A stretch of DNA of 64,000 nucleotides from positions 10,499-74,498 of the forward strand of contig CAZFAP010000003.1 in assembly GCA_964516325.1 (NCBI GenBank), given 5' to 3'. Positions 18,707 to 28,300 of this stretch are shown here, in pieces. Position 1 is the first letter of the stretch. The number at the start of each line of letters is the position of its first letter. The stretch is from an uncultured Verrucomicrobiota bacterium (GTDB taxonomy: Bacteria; Auribacterota; JABMQX01). Made by a program: the position numbers and the translations under genes. The notes under the pieces are model-generated. The model had not been told where the DNA came from. It did no database searches and was given only the letters and a program-made list of their open reading frames with translations.

Positions 18707-20320
18707 ATGAAGCGGGTACTTCAGAACGAGAGTGGGTCCATTCTGCTGATCACGATATGCCTTATCATGATATTAGGGATAGGGGCGGCGGCATTTCTGC
18801 ATCTCAGCAAGACGCAGGTCGTTCAGGTGCGGTTCGAGTCGCATTCGACGAAGTCGTTCTATGCCGCGGAGGTCGGGCTTGAGAAAGGAATGAAGCTCCT
18901 CAAGAACGATTTCTATTACACGCCGGTTGGAACGGAACCGTCCTGGGCGGACAGCAAAGTTTACACCGCGACGGGGTATATTGACCTGACCCGTGGCGGC
19001 GACATCATTTTCCCCCAATATCTCGACCTCGAGGACCCCGATTATGACGAAAACTTCTACCCGCTGCTCGACGAGACCCAGTACGTCCTGGATGGGGAGG
19101 GAGCCTACAAATCAACGTACCGGGTGGACCTCTCGAATCTCCAGGGGTGGAAAGATAGGATATGGGTCAAAGCCACCGGACGGTACTATCGGAGAAATGA
19201 GGGTGGGACGCGGTTCGTGCTCGAGGCGCAGCGAAGAGTCCTGGCATTAGTCCGGGCCGTCGAGATTTCCCCTTGGAACAACGCCATTTTCGCGGGGGAA
19301 GGGCAAGCGGGACGAATCATCAATGGAAACGTGGACATCCGGGGCTCCGTTCATCTTCTCGGGACTTCACTTGGAAGCAGCGACTTCGCCGCGGAATTCG
19401 GCGGCAGTGGCAACGTAGGCAACAACTATTCAGGCATTCCGTCCGAGTTGGCGCTGAGGATACCCTCAATCCAGAAGACATACGGAAGCGAGGTGGTGGA
19501 CTCTCTGGAGGCGGAGGTGAGGATCCAGCACGGAAAGCTTGCCCTGAGCGGGACGTCTTGTGTGGGGGCACCGGATGTTCCCGGAAACGGCGTCAAGGAG
19601 CCGGTGGATGGCGTCTATATCACGGACGGTTACGGGGGCAACAAAGGGGATCAGAACGTCTATTCGGACAACGGCAAATACAACCCGTACGATCTCGCCG
19701 AGTTTGACATTGAGTTTCCGCGATTATCGGAGCCGTATGGGGGTTACGCAAGCTATCTCGGTTACCTCCGAGCCAACGCTCTCGTGATTTCCAACCAGCA
19801 GCAATTGAACCAGTTGCGCGGTATCACCCCGACTTCGTCTTTCTCCTACTCAGGCGCGAAGGGGGAAATCAGCATGGATGGAACCGGGCGCCTGACAGTC
19901 CGCGGGATCGTCGTTGTGGAAGGGGACGTAAACTTCAACAAGGCGGGGAGCGACAAGACCATCCTATATCAGGGGAAAGGCGCTCTTGTGTCGGCGACGA
20001 GCGTGGGCATTAACTGCAATCTCTTAACGTCCTCCTACAGCACCTACCCGACAGTGGACATTCTGGGCGTGATGGCGGCCAACCTGATCAACTTCAACTC
20101 CGCAGGCATCAACGTAATGGGGGTTTTCTATGCGGAGAACCAGATTATTTCCCAGAAGCAGACGAGCGTCGCAGGAACGTTCTTCTCTAATTACTTCGAC
20201 ATGGGACAGAACGTTCCTTCGATTTATCAGGTGCCAGATGTTGTCAGACATCTTCCCGCCGGAATGATCGGCGATATCCGCGTCTGGACGGTGAAGAGAA
20301 TCACCTGGGGAGAGATTTGA
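18707..20320 (+). CDS. Large PilX-like minor pilin (set A) with C-terminal putative beta-helix domain
   Basis: ESG|SILL prepilin-like N-terminus lacking Glu5, SFYAAEVGLE (PilX signature); C-terminal half rich in short beta repeats. Confidence 0.75.
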   Translation: MKRVLQNESGSILLITICLIMILGIGAAAFLHLSKTQVVQVRFESHSTKSFYAAEVGLEKGMKLLKNDFYYTPVGTEPSWADSKVYTATGYIDLTRGGDIIFPQYLDLEDPDYDENFYPLLDETQYVLDGEGAYKSTYRVDLSNLQGWKDRIWVKATGRYYRRNEGGTRFVLEAQRRVLALVRAVEISPWNNAIFAGEGQAGRIINGNVDIRGSVHLLGTSLGSSDFAAEFGGSGNVGNNYSGIPSELALRIPSIQKTYGSEVVDSLEAEVRIQHGKLALSGTSCVGAPDVPGNGVKEPVDGVYITDGYGGNKGDQNVYSDNGKYNPYDLAEFDIEFPRLSEPYGGYASYLGYLRANALVISNQQQLNQLRGITPTSSFSYSGAKGEISMDGTGRLTVRGIVVVEGDVNFNKAGSDKTILYQGKGALVSATSVGINCNLLTSSYSTYPTVDILGVMAANLINFNSAGINVMGVFYAENQIISQKQTSVAGTFFSNYFDMGQNVPSIYQVPDVVRHLPAGMIGDIRVWTVKRITWGEI

Positions 20321-20327
20321 CAGACAG

Positions 20328-20366
20328 CCACCCTCATCCCGTCTCGCAAGACGTGCGTGAGGGTGG
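20328..20366 (+). other. Intergenic stem-loop after pilX-A (no U-tract)
   Basis: CCACCCTCA...TGAGGGTGG outer stem with inner GTCT-cgca-AGAC. Confidence 0.4.
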
Positions 20367-20510
20367 GCCAGGTGGAGCGCACCCTCCGTTGACTGTCGCG
20401 TAAGGGCCGAGCGTTCAATGGATTGCGCTCGCGGGTGTCCCATTTGCTCATCTTTCGGCGGCCAGCTCACGAATGTGTTTCGCATCCCGGTCCTCCGGCT
20501 TCCGGCTCGT

Positions 20511-20526
20511 TGGTACAGAAGTTGCA
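20511..20526 (+). promoter_or_regulatory. sigma54 (-24/-12) promoter for pilV-B/pilW-B/pilX-B
   Basis: TGGTACAGAAGTTGCA, a full consensus match, 27 nt before ATG20554, with GAGGA RBS between. Confidence 0.75.
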
Positions 20527-20553
20527 GCGTTGAGTCTGCCGAGGACCAGAACT

Positions 20554-21036
20554 ATGGGAAAAACCACACGCGGTCAATCCGGGATCACCCTTGCGGAAGC
20601 AATGGTCGCTCTGGCTTTGCTCGGTCTCACGGTCGGGGGCACGTTGACCTCATTTGTCATGGGGTGTTTTTCCGCTACGAACGCGCGCTATTCCACCCAG
20701 GGGATCAACCTCCTTCAGGCCAAGGTCGAGGAACTCACCGCGGGGCTCTACGAGGATGTCCGAGACCAAGGCCCAAGCCAGGTGACGATAGATCCTGGCC
20801 CCGACCTCGAGTGGGGCACGGATGATGATGCGCTGGGAGACCTGCGCGTCGAAGTGGACGATCGCAGCGACCTTGACGGTGACGGTGACACCGTCGAGGA
20901 AGAAATAGACGTGGATGGGGATGGCGGGAACGACCGATGCAAACCGGTCCATGTCAGTGTCACGCGGACGTGTGTTTCGTTTGGCGGCCGCACCTCCGTG
21001 ACAGTTCATTTGGACACACTGATTGCAGAGCATTGA
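20554..21036 (+). CDS. Type IV minor pilin, PilV-like (set B) with DxDxDG motifs
   Basis: QSG|ITLAE prepilin motif; QGINLLQAKVEEL; DLDGDGD and DVDGDGG. Confidence 0.75.
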   Translation: MGKTTRGQSGITLAEAMVALALLGLTVGGTLTSFVMGCFSATNARYSTQGINLLQAKVEELTAGLYEDVRDQGPSQVTIDPGPDLEWGTDDDALGDLRVEVDDRSDLDGDGDTVEEEIDVDGDGGNDRCKPVHVSVTRTCVSFGGRTSVTVHLDTLIAEH

Positions 21037-21045
21037 GAGGGAACG

Positions 21046-21633
21046 ATGGAACGAGACTGCACCAGAGCGCACGGCGGGCTGTCGCCGCGGTCATGGCGCG
21101 GGTTCACACTAATTGAAGTGCTCGTCGCCTCAACGGTGTTTGTGATGCTCTCCGCCGTGCTGGTGGAAATGTATCTGATGTGTCTTCGCACCTGGCACCG
21201 GGGAAGCGTGCAGGTAGTGTTACAGCGAAAGGTGGCCACGGCCGTGCAGCGCATGGTACAGGGGCACCGTTCCGTCAGCGAGACCCGGCAGCACGGGCTT
21301 CGCGAAGCTCAAGAAATCGCTGTGCTCGGCCCGCAAATGGTTGAGTTCAAGAGCGGTGTGGATGGCACTACAAGGCAGTTCTATCTGAACGGAAACGAGT
21401 TGGCTTACCGAACCGACGGGGGGGACGTTCAAACCATCTATGACCCGTCGCGCTCAGAATCCCCTTGGGTCACGGATAACTACAAGACCGACCTGCACTT
21501 CACTCAACGGCAGGACGGCACGGTCGAGGTTCGAGTGCTGGGCCAGGAGCGAGTAAGGGGTGGGTGGATCACTGCCTGCCTCGTCACCAGAGTGGCGCCC
21601 AGGAACAGCAAAAAACTGGAGGAGGCGCATTGA
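21046..21633 (+). CDS. Type IV minor pilin, PilW-like (set B)
   Basis: WRG|FTLIE prepilin motif; paralogous to 17358..17897. Confidence 0.8.
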   Translation: MERDCTRAHGGLSPRSWRGFTLIEVLVASTVFVMLSAVLVEMYLMCLRTWHRGSVQVVLQRKVATAVQRMVQGHRSVSETRQHGLREAQEIAVLGPQMVEFKSGVDGTTRQFYLNGNELAYRTDGGDVQTIYDPSRSESPWVTDNYKTDLHFTQRQDGTVEVRVLGQERVRGGWITACLVTRVAPRNSKKLEEAH

Positions 21634-23309
21634 TGAACCACCGACATCGAATCGCCCGCCAGGAAGGCATCGCCTTGGCTGTGGTGCTCGTCCTCGCTCT
21701 GGTGCTGGCGATCGGTTCGGCGGCCTTCCTGGACCTGACGAGCTCGGACCTCCAGCAGGCCCGCCGCGACGCGGAGGCCACCCGTGCGTTCTACGTCGCC
21801 CAGGCCGGAATTGACAAAGCCGTTGCTCAGCTCAAGGTTTTGTACTCGAGAGGGCAGGGGCATACTGAGGAGGAATTGGCAGCAATCACCCCTCCCGCCT
21901 ATGAGGGCTTCACGTTTGACGAATTCGGGGTGACCAGGGACGGGGCACCCTATTACAGCATGTTGGAGTGGGGCACATTCAAGGGGCTTGGCGGCCAAAT
22001 CCAAAAGATCAAAATCGCCTCAGGGGTATCATCCGCGCATTTTCATAACCTGAGGGTCGCCATTAGCCAGGAAGTCCAGGCTCAGTTCATCCCCGTCTTC
22101 CAATTCGCGATCTTCTACAACAGCGACGACCTGGAAATCCTGCCCGGTGCACCTATGAGCGTCCTCGGCCCGGCCCACTGCAATAAAGACATCTACATGG
22201 CCGCGGAGCCATCCGCGTCCCTCAGTTTCGACTCTATCGTCACATGCGTCGGCAACATCTACCACCGGCGCAAGGACTCCGAGCGCCTTCTCGCTGGCCC
22301 GGTCCAGATAAAGGACGGCGAAGGGACATACCAGACTATGCTGAATCAGGACGGAACATGGCTTGACAGCAGCCACCCGGATTGGACGCTTGAGTCCCAG
22401 AACCGCTGGGATGGCAAGGTCGCCACGGCGGCGCACCACGTCAGTCCTCTTCGTCTTCCCCTTGCGACCCCAGAGCAACCTCGCGAACTGATCGAGCGGA
22501 GGGACCCTTCTGACAGCCCCGAAGAGCGGGGCCTGAAGTACGGTTACAGAGCGGACCTGAGCATCATTGACGGAAACGCCTACGACAAGTCCGGAAACCC
22601 GGTGGACTTGACCTATCCCGACCCGAACATCCCGGGCAACAGGCTCAACCCCATCTCGACGAAAACCTTCTACAACTACCGCGAGGGAAAAACAGTCTCT
22701 GTCACGGAAGTTGACGTCGCCAAACTGCGCGCGAGTGGCAAATCTCCCGCGAACGGGATTCTCTATGTTTCCGACCACCGAAGCAGTTCGTCCAAGCAGG
22801 ACGGCGTGCGGTTAGTCAACGGAAAGGAACTTCCGAGCCGAGGTCTCACCGTCGCTACCGATAACCCGCTGTACATGTGGGGGGATTACAACACCGTCAA
22901 CAAGAAACCCGCCAGCGTCGCCTGCGACGCCGTGAACATCCTTTCCAACAACTGGAAGGATGAGAACAGCCAGAAGAGCCTGGACAACCGCGTTGCCTCG
23001 AACACGACGGTCAACGCAGCAATCGTCGCGGGCAACACGGTAACTTCTCCCGGCGACTACAACGGCGGCGTCGAGAACATGCCCCGGTTCCTCGAAAAGT
23101 GGACCGGAAAGACGCTCACGTATCGCGGGTCTCTGGTTGCAGCGTGGGTGAGTCAGATTGCGACCGGCCACTGGCTCTACGGTGCCCCCCACTACACCGC
23201 TCCGAACCGCGATTGGTCCTACGACAACGACCTGAGCGACCCCACCAAAGCCCCGCCGGGCGAGCCAAGCGTCTTCACAATCGAGGTCGCCCACTGGCAG
23301 TACGAATGA
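21633..23309 (+). CDS. Large PilX-like minor pilin (set B)
   Basis: QEG|IALA N-terminus, AFYVAQAGID, PVFQFAIF; C-terminal YNGGVENMPRFLEKW...APNRDWSYD; TGATG coupling to pilW-B. Confidence 0.78.
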   Translation: MNHRHRIARQEGIALAVVLVLALVLAIGSAAFLDLTSSDLQQARRDAEATRAFYVAQAGIDKAVAQLKVLYSRGQGHTEEELAAITPPAYEGFTFDEFGVTRDGAPYYSMLEWGTFKGLGGQIQKIKIASGVSSAHFHNLRVAISQEVQAQFIPVFQFAIFYNSDDLEILPGAPMSVLGPAHCNKDIYMAAEPSASLSFDSIVTCVGNIYHRRKDSERLLAGPVQIKDGEGTYQTMLNQDGTWLDSSHPDWTLESQNRWDGKVATAAHHVSPLRLPLATPEQPRELIERRDPSDSPEERGLKYGYRADLSIIDGNAYDKSGNPVDLTYPDPNIPGNRLNPISTKTFYNYREGKTVSVTEVDVAKLRASGKSPANGILYVSDHRSSSSKQDGVRLVNGKELPSRGLTVATDNPLYMWGDYNTVNKKPASVACDAVNILSNNWKDENSQKSLDNRVASNTTVNAAIVAGNTVTSPGDYNGGVENMPRFLEKWTGKTLTYRGSLVAAWVSQIATGHWLYGAPHYTAPNRDWSYDNDLSDPTKAPPGEPSVFTIEVAHWQYE

Positions 23310-23324
23310 CCGGGCTGCTGACGG

Positions 23325-25214
23325 TCAGGGACGAGCACTTCCACCCGTTTTTGAAGACCACATGCCGTAGGCGGGGATTGTCGGTCTCATGTACTTGCCG
23401 CCGCAGGTGAAACCCCACGTTACATCCGTCGGATTCTGGTTCAGTATGAGAATTTCCCCATCCTCGAAGAGCGTGAAATAGAGGTTCCGCGTCTTGGAGT
23501 CCTCGGCGACGATTTCTCTCGTGTCGCGGGAAAGGACGGGCAACTCGGTCAGCTTTTTCGCGATGAAAATGAAGTATCCTTCCCTCGGCCCCTCATCTAC
23601 GATCGCCCCGTCCGTCTCGAGAATTCGCCGGTAAAGAAGATCGTCCCCCTCCACGGTCTTGAGACGGGGGCTACTTTTGGAAGCAAACACAATCCCGTTT
23701 TCCCAGAGGCACCAGTCCCTGATCCGCCTCAGGGTTGATACGTCAGCGGTGTGCCCTTCCATGAGGATGAGAACCTTGTAGTACTTCAGCCCACCGTCTC
23801 GGATCATCCCCTCGCTGAGGTAATCAAAGTCAAAGAAGTCGCGCAACTGCGCCGGGTATCGCAGAAAACCCTGCCCATGAAGCTCAATGTCCGTCGTGGG
23901 ATAGAAGACGGCGACTTCCACTTTCGGCCTTCTTTTCTGAAAGAACGGCGCCGCTTTCAGCCAATTCTGTTCCGCCTGCGGGGATGCGAAGACGTTTCCG
24001 AAGTAGTGATGGAGCTGCTTGGCACCGGAAGCGGTCGCGTTGTAGCAGCGACCGGCGACGCCGTTTGGACTGACGCCGCCCGCTGGCTCAAATCCGTAAT
24101 ACGCCCCATAGAGTTTGCCCGCAGAAGCGACCCACCTCGTCAGGGAGAAGTTGACCGGATACGAATCGCCCTCATTGGTAATCCTCACGCCACCGGCCAC
24201 GGAAGCAGCAGTCTTGCACTGGTCTCCGAAATCGGAGCCGTGTCTCGGCTCGGCGTCTCCCCCGGTGCAGAGGTAGATGTCGGTGTCAAGGAAATGCCTG
24301 CGAGTTGTCTTCATCCAGAATGCCGCCCAATCGTTCATGCTGTCCTTGTACCAGTGAATCATGTCGAGCCACGCGATGGTCGAGGGGGCGTCTTTTTGAA
24401 GGAATGTCGTGACCGTCGAGAATTCGCGGTGGTTGGTCTTCCAGTCGCGGTTAAGGGCGGCCGTATTTTCATATTTGTCTTTCAGCCATCTCTGGAAGTC
24501 TTTGACCGCGCAGGGATCACCCGCCCAGAAGCCGGGATGCGAGTGGTATTTGCCGTGCGTCAGCGAAGTCCAGTCCTCTCCGGACGTCGCGGGATAGATT
24601 GCCTCGCCGTAGTTCCCGGTAATGCCGAGGAGGACCGATTCAATCACGCCCATGGGCTTATAGTGCGCGGCAAATTCCTTGATGAACCGAGAGACATGCC
24701 CGCGCAAATGCGGATTCCAGAGCGATTCGACCGCGCTCTGCTCCCCGTGTTCGAGGCAGACGTATTTGACGGAATCCTCGCTCTTGTAAAACCAGTCGGG
24801 CGTGGCATAGCCGGGGCCGATGATGAGAAAAGGCACCCATTTGATTCCAAACGACTGATCGAGCTTGGCAATCTGGTCGTAGAGGGAGAAGTCGAATTTG
24901 CCGGGGGACGTTTCCACGAGGTTCCATCGCACATAGGTCTCGTGGCTGGTTACGCCAGCGGCTTTCATCCGAGGAAGCTCTCGCTTAAGTTTCTCGATGA
25001 TGCCGGGGAGCTCGTCGGCGGTCGCGATGTCGAACCCTCCGATGGTAAGCTGCGTTCCTTCCCCCACAGTCACAGCGGAGCGCGGCTCTGCCGGTCCGGC
25101 CGGAGGTTTGCCGCCCGAAGATTCTTCACCGCCCGAAACCGCCGTTTGCCATCCCGCCAATAATCCGACCAGAGCAAGAGTGATAAACGATTTGAACTTA
25201 CGTATCCTGAACAT
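23325..25214 (-). CDS. Secreted TIM-barrel glycoside hydrolase (GH14/GH42-like)
   Basis: Signal peptide; ETYVRWNLVETSPGKFDFSLYD; LGITGNYGEAIYP resembles the beta-amylase GPxGELRYP motif; C-terminal trimerisation-like region. GAGG RBS before ATG25214. Confidence 0.65.
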   Translation of the reverse strand: MFRIRKFKSFITLALVGLLAGWQTAVSGGEESSGGKPPAGPAEPRSAVTVGEGTQLTIGGFDIATADELPGIIEKLKRELPRMKAAGVTSHETYVRWNLVETSPGKFDFSLYDQIAKLDQSFGIKWVPFLIIGPGYATPDWFYKSEDSVKYVCLEHGEQSAVESLWNPHLRGHVSRFIKEFAAHYKPMGVIESVLLGITGNYGEAIYPATSGEDWTSLTHGKYHSHPGFWAGDPCAVKDFQRWLKDKYENTAALNRDWKTNHREFSTVTTFLQKDAPSTIAWLDMIHWYKDSMNDWAAFWMKTTRRHFLDTDIYLCTGGDAEPRHGSDFGDQCKTAASVAGGVRITNEGDSYPVNFSLTRWVASAGKLYGAYYGFEPAGGVSPNGVAGRCYNATASGAKQLHHYFGNVFASPQAEQNWLKAAPFFQKRRPKVEVAVFYPTTDIELHGQGFLRYPAQLRDFFDFDYLSEGMIRDGGLKYYKVLILMEGHTADVSTLRRIRDWCLWENGIVFASKSSPRLKTVEGDDLLYRRILETDGAIVDEGPREGYFIFIAKKLTELPVLSRDTREIVAEDSKTRNLYFTLFEDGEILILNQNPTDVTWGFTCGGKYMRPTIPAYGMWSSKTGGSARP

Positions 25215-25356
25215 GACAGCACCTCTCTCCAAAGATTTGATTTTCATTGACAAACGATAGCAGATGGCATCCTGTGGGTCAACGACCGCGTCGTCGGAGA
25301 AACCAGCGGCATCGTCTTCTGCAACCGAAAACCATGGTGGCGCGGGACTCCTACAG

Positions 25357-28300
25357 CTACCCGGAAGGACCGCCGATCGTAACCTCGCCAATGATGACCG
25401 AGTCGCGCTCATGGGGGAGGTCCGTCTCCGAAATTGCCGGTCGTTCATCTCTCACAGGTCTCCACAAGCCAACGTTGATTCGATACCTCCCCGGGATCGC
25501 AGTCGGGGGGATTTGCTCCTCGGACTTGAGCAGGCGTTCGAGCCGTTCAGGCTTTTCCGGGATGGAAATATCGTCGAGGAGGACGTGGTCGAGTTGAAAT
25601 GCAATGCTTCCTTTTTCGTCGAGAAAATGGACCCACACAATCATGTCCGGGGGAACAACGTAGTCTCTCTCGATTTTCCAGTACATGGTCATGCGGATTT
25701 TTTGACCGGGCTGATGCGGTCCTCGGTTGATGGCATAGCCCGTGAGACGAATGTTCTTTCCGAAAGAGACGGCGACTTCACGGAAGTCGCTGGGCTGCAC
25801 GTCCGCTCGCGCTTTGGACACGATGTTCTGAAGCCTCTCCTTGTCTTCGGCGCTTAGCCCGGAGGTGAGCCGCTCCATCTGCTCGATTGGCTTTGCGAGG
25901 TCGGGCCTCAGCTTGTGGGCGAGAAGGCAGCATTGGAGAGCGTTGTGTCCGTCTCCCCGCTCCGCGTACCGCAAGCCAAGCTGAACCAACGGCGAGTAGT
26001 CGAGGGGACCAATCGTGGCATCGGAAGCAGGAGGCTCTCTTACGAGACGGAGAAGTCGGCTCAAAGTTGAAATCGAGGAAATGGGATCGGGCCGGATTTC
26101 AAACTGGTCAACTAAGAGGGGGACATAGCGATCGCAGCGGATAGTGATCTGGCATTCGGGGAGCTCCACCGGCTTCTCGAACTGGAACTCGACGATGCTG
26201 TAGGCAGCCGAAAAAGAGCTCGCAGGGAACGTCTTCTCGGAAAGAAACTTCTGCGTCCGCGGCTCAACGAGTCCGATCTTAAAGGTGGCGTTGTCGTTGG
26301 CGCTTCCCCGGTACTTCACGTTAACCCGGGCGAGATAGCAACCGGGCTCCAGGAAAAGAGGAGGCGTTCCTATCTCCCAGACTCCCGCGGCCGGTTGGTC
26401 GGTTTCGGGCGCGGCGGCTTTGTCTCCTGAGGCGGCTGTGTCCTCGACGGCGCTGAAGCCGAGCGGCCGGCCTCTCTCGGCCTCGACCGAATAGTAGGGT
26501 AACTCTCGGAAGTAATCGTCCAAAATGCCAAGCGCGGAAGCGAACGTTTTCGCATTCATCTCCTGGCTGAGGACAGCCGCCTTGTCCAAAAGGGCCTTCG
26601 TGCCCTCACGCATCTCCAACTGCGAAAGCTTGGCGGAGATGAAAGCCATCGCGGCGAGGACGGGGCTGGTGCTCCGTTCGGCCGCTTCTGCGAGGAAAGG
26701 ATATGCGGCCCCGTATTCTCCGATCTGATAGAGCGCGGTCCCCTTCTGTTCCGGGGTGAGCGCCAGCATCATCCATACTTTCGCCGCGTTGGTGGACGCG
26801 GACAGGTTGTAAAGATATTGAGAAGGCCCCGAAGGAAACATTTTCCGCAAGCCGGAGAGCCGCTTCCAGCGGACCTGGTGAGGCTCCAAGTATGGTTCCC
26901 ACTTCACTCCTCCCAGAGATACCCGGACATCCCCCGGGGGGGAACCATTTCTCACTATGACCAGGACTTCCTCTGCCGGTTTCGGTGCTACAAGGATGTG
27001 TGAGACCCCTTTGTCCTTTCCAAATTCGACCACCTTCTCGTCGCGGTAGAAGTCTGCGCCATTGGCGAAGATAAACTCGTTGCCGTCGAGGGAGGGAATT
27101 CGCTGGTAAACCGGGAGCGAGAAGCCCTTTCTGAGAAAGTCTGAGTCATTCGCAAAAATCCTTACCGTCGGATTCCGGAAGATGGGGAGGGCATCGTCCT
27201 CGAGGCTGAATTCTTTGAGCAAGAAAAAGCCCCGTGGAACCTTTTGAGGCTTTATGCTCGACTGGAGGAAAATCTGTCGGGAGGGGCGCGCCTCGTCCTC
27301 GCCGTAGCCCTCGAGTTCAAAGGTATAGGGACTGCTCCTGACGCGGTAGAACGATGGGAGGTTCTCTCTCGCCCATTCTTTCGATGCCTTTCGTGTATCC
27401 CGACGGGAATAAAAGAAGTCCTCGGTAACTGTCGCCTTCAGAAGGTGAAACGCGCCCGCGGCGACGATCAAAACCGCTGCAATCATCCTGAGCTCACGAA
27501 TCTTCCTCCAGCGAGCGATCTCAACTATCAGAGCCGAGGCTGCCAGGGATAACCCGGGCATCGCCGCTGAAAGATAGACGCGATGGAAGAGGGGCTTGGA
27601 GACGAAAATGAGCAGGAGGTAGAGGGTGGGGAAGGAGGCGACGATAGCCGTTGACTTCCTTCTCGTCAAGCACCGCACAAGGCCGGCGAACGCCATAATC
27701 AGGAGCACCAGCCCCAAGGAGCGCAAAAGGACAGGAAAATTCTTGCCGATGGAGAAGCAGACCTGGTTGAAGAATCCGGCGGCGAGTTGCTCCCGCGTCA
27801 ATCCCGCACGAGAGCTGTATCGGCACTTCCGCCAAACATCATGGAGGATCTTTCCCGGGGCGATGAACATGGAGGGAGTTGCCAGGCAGAAGCCAACGAC
27901 GAAGGAACCGCCCAGCAAGCCGAGGCGGGCAAGGGCCTTTTTCTCCAGGAGTCTCCGGGGCGGCCAGTAGCGGCAGAGGTGAGCTACAAGACAGGTCAGC
28001 CCGACAATCCCTCCATGGTACTTCGCCGAGAAAGTGAATGCGACCGCAACCCCGGCGAGGATGTAGTCCCGCGGTCGGCCCGCGCTGAACATCCTCAGCG
28101 CAAAGATCAGCGACAGATTGGCGAAGAACGACATAGTGGTGTCGTTGGTCGCCTCGTGCGCCGTTGTGATGTCCATGGGGTTGATGGCAAGGAGGACCGC
28201 AGCCAGTAAGGCGGTCGTGCGGTCGAGGCACTTTTTCCCGACTGCGTAGATGATCAGGAGAAGCGATGTCGAGAAGGCGACATTGACGAGGCGGGCGGTC

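Noticed and set aside
23751-25163. 470-aa plus-strand ORF
   Set aside because: Antisense shadow of the glycoside hydrolase; no recognisable motifs. The same applies to 9817-10776, 16234-17295, 39807-40919, 43295-44506, 54377-55729 and 55867-57825.
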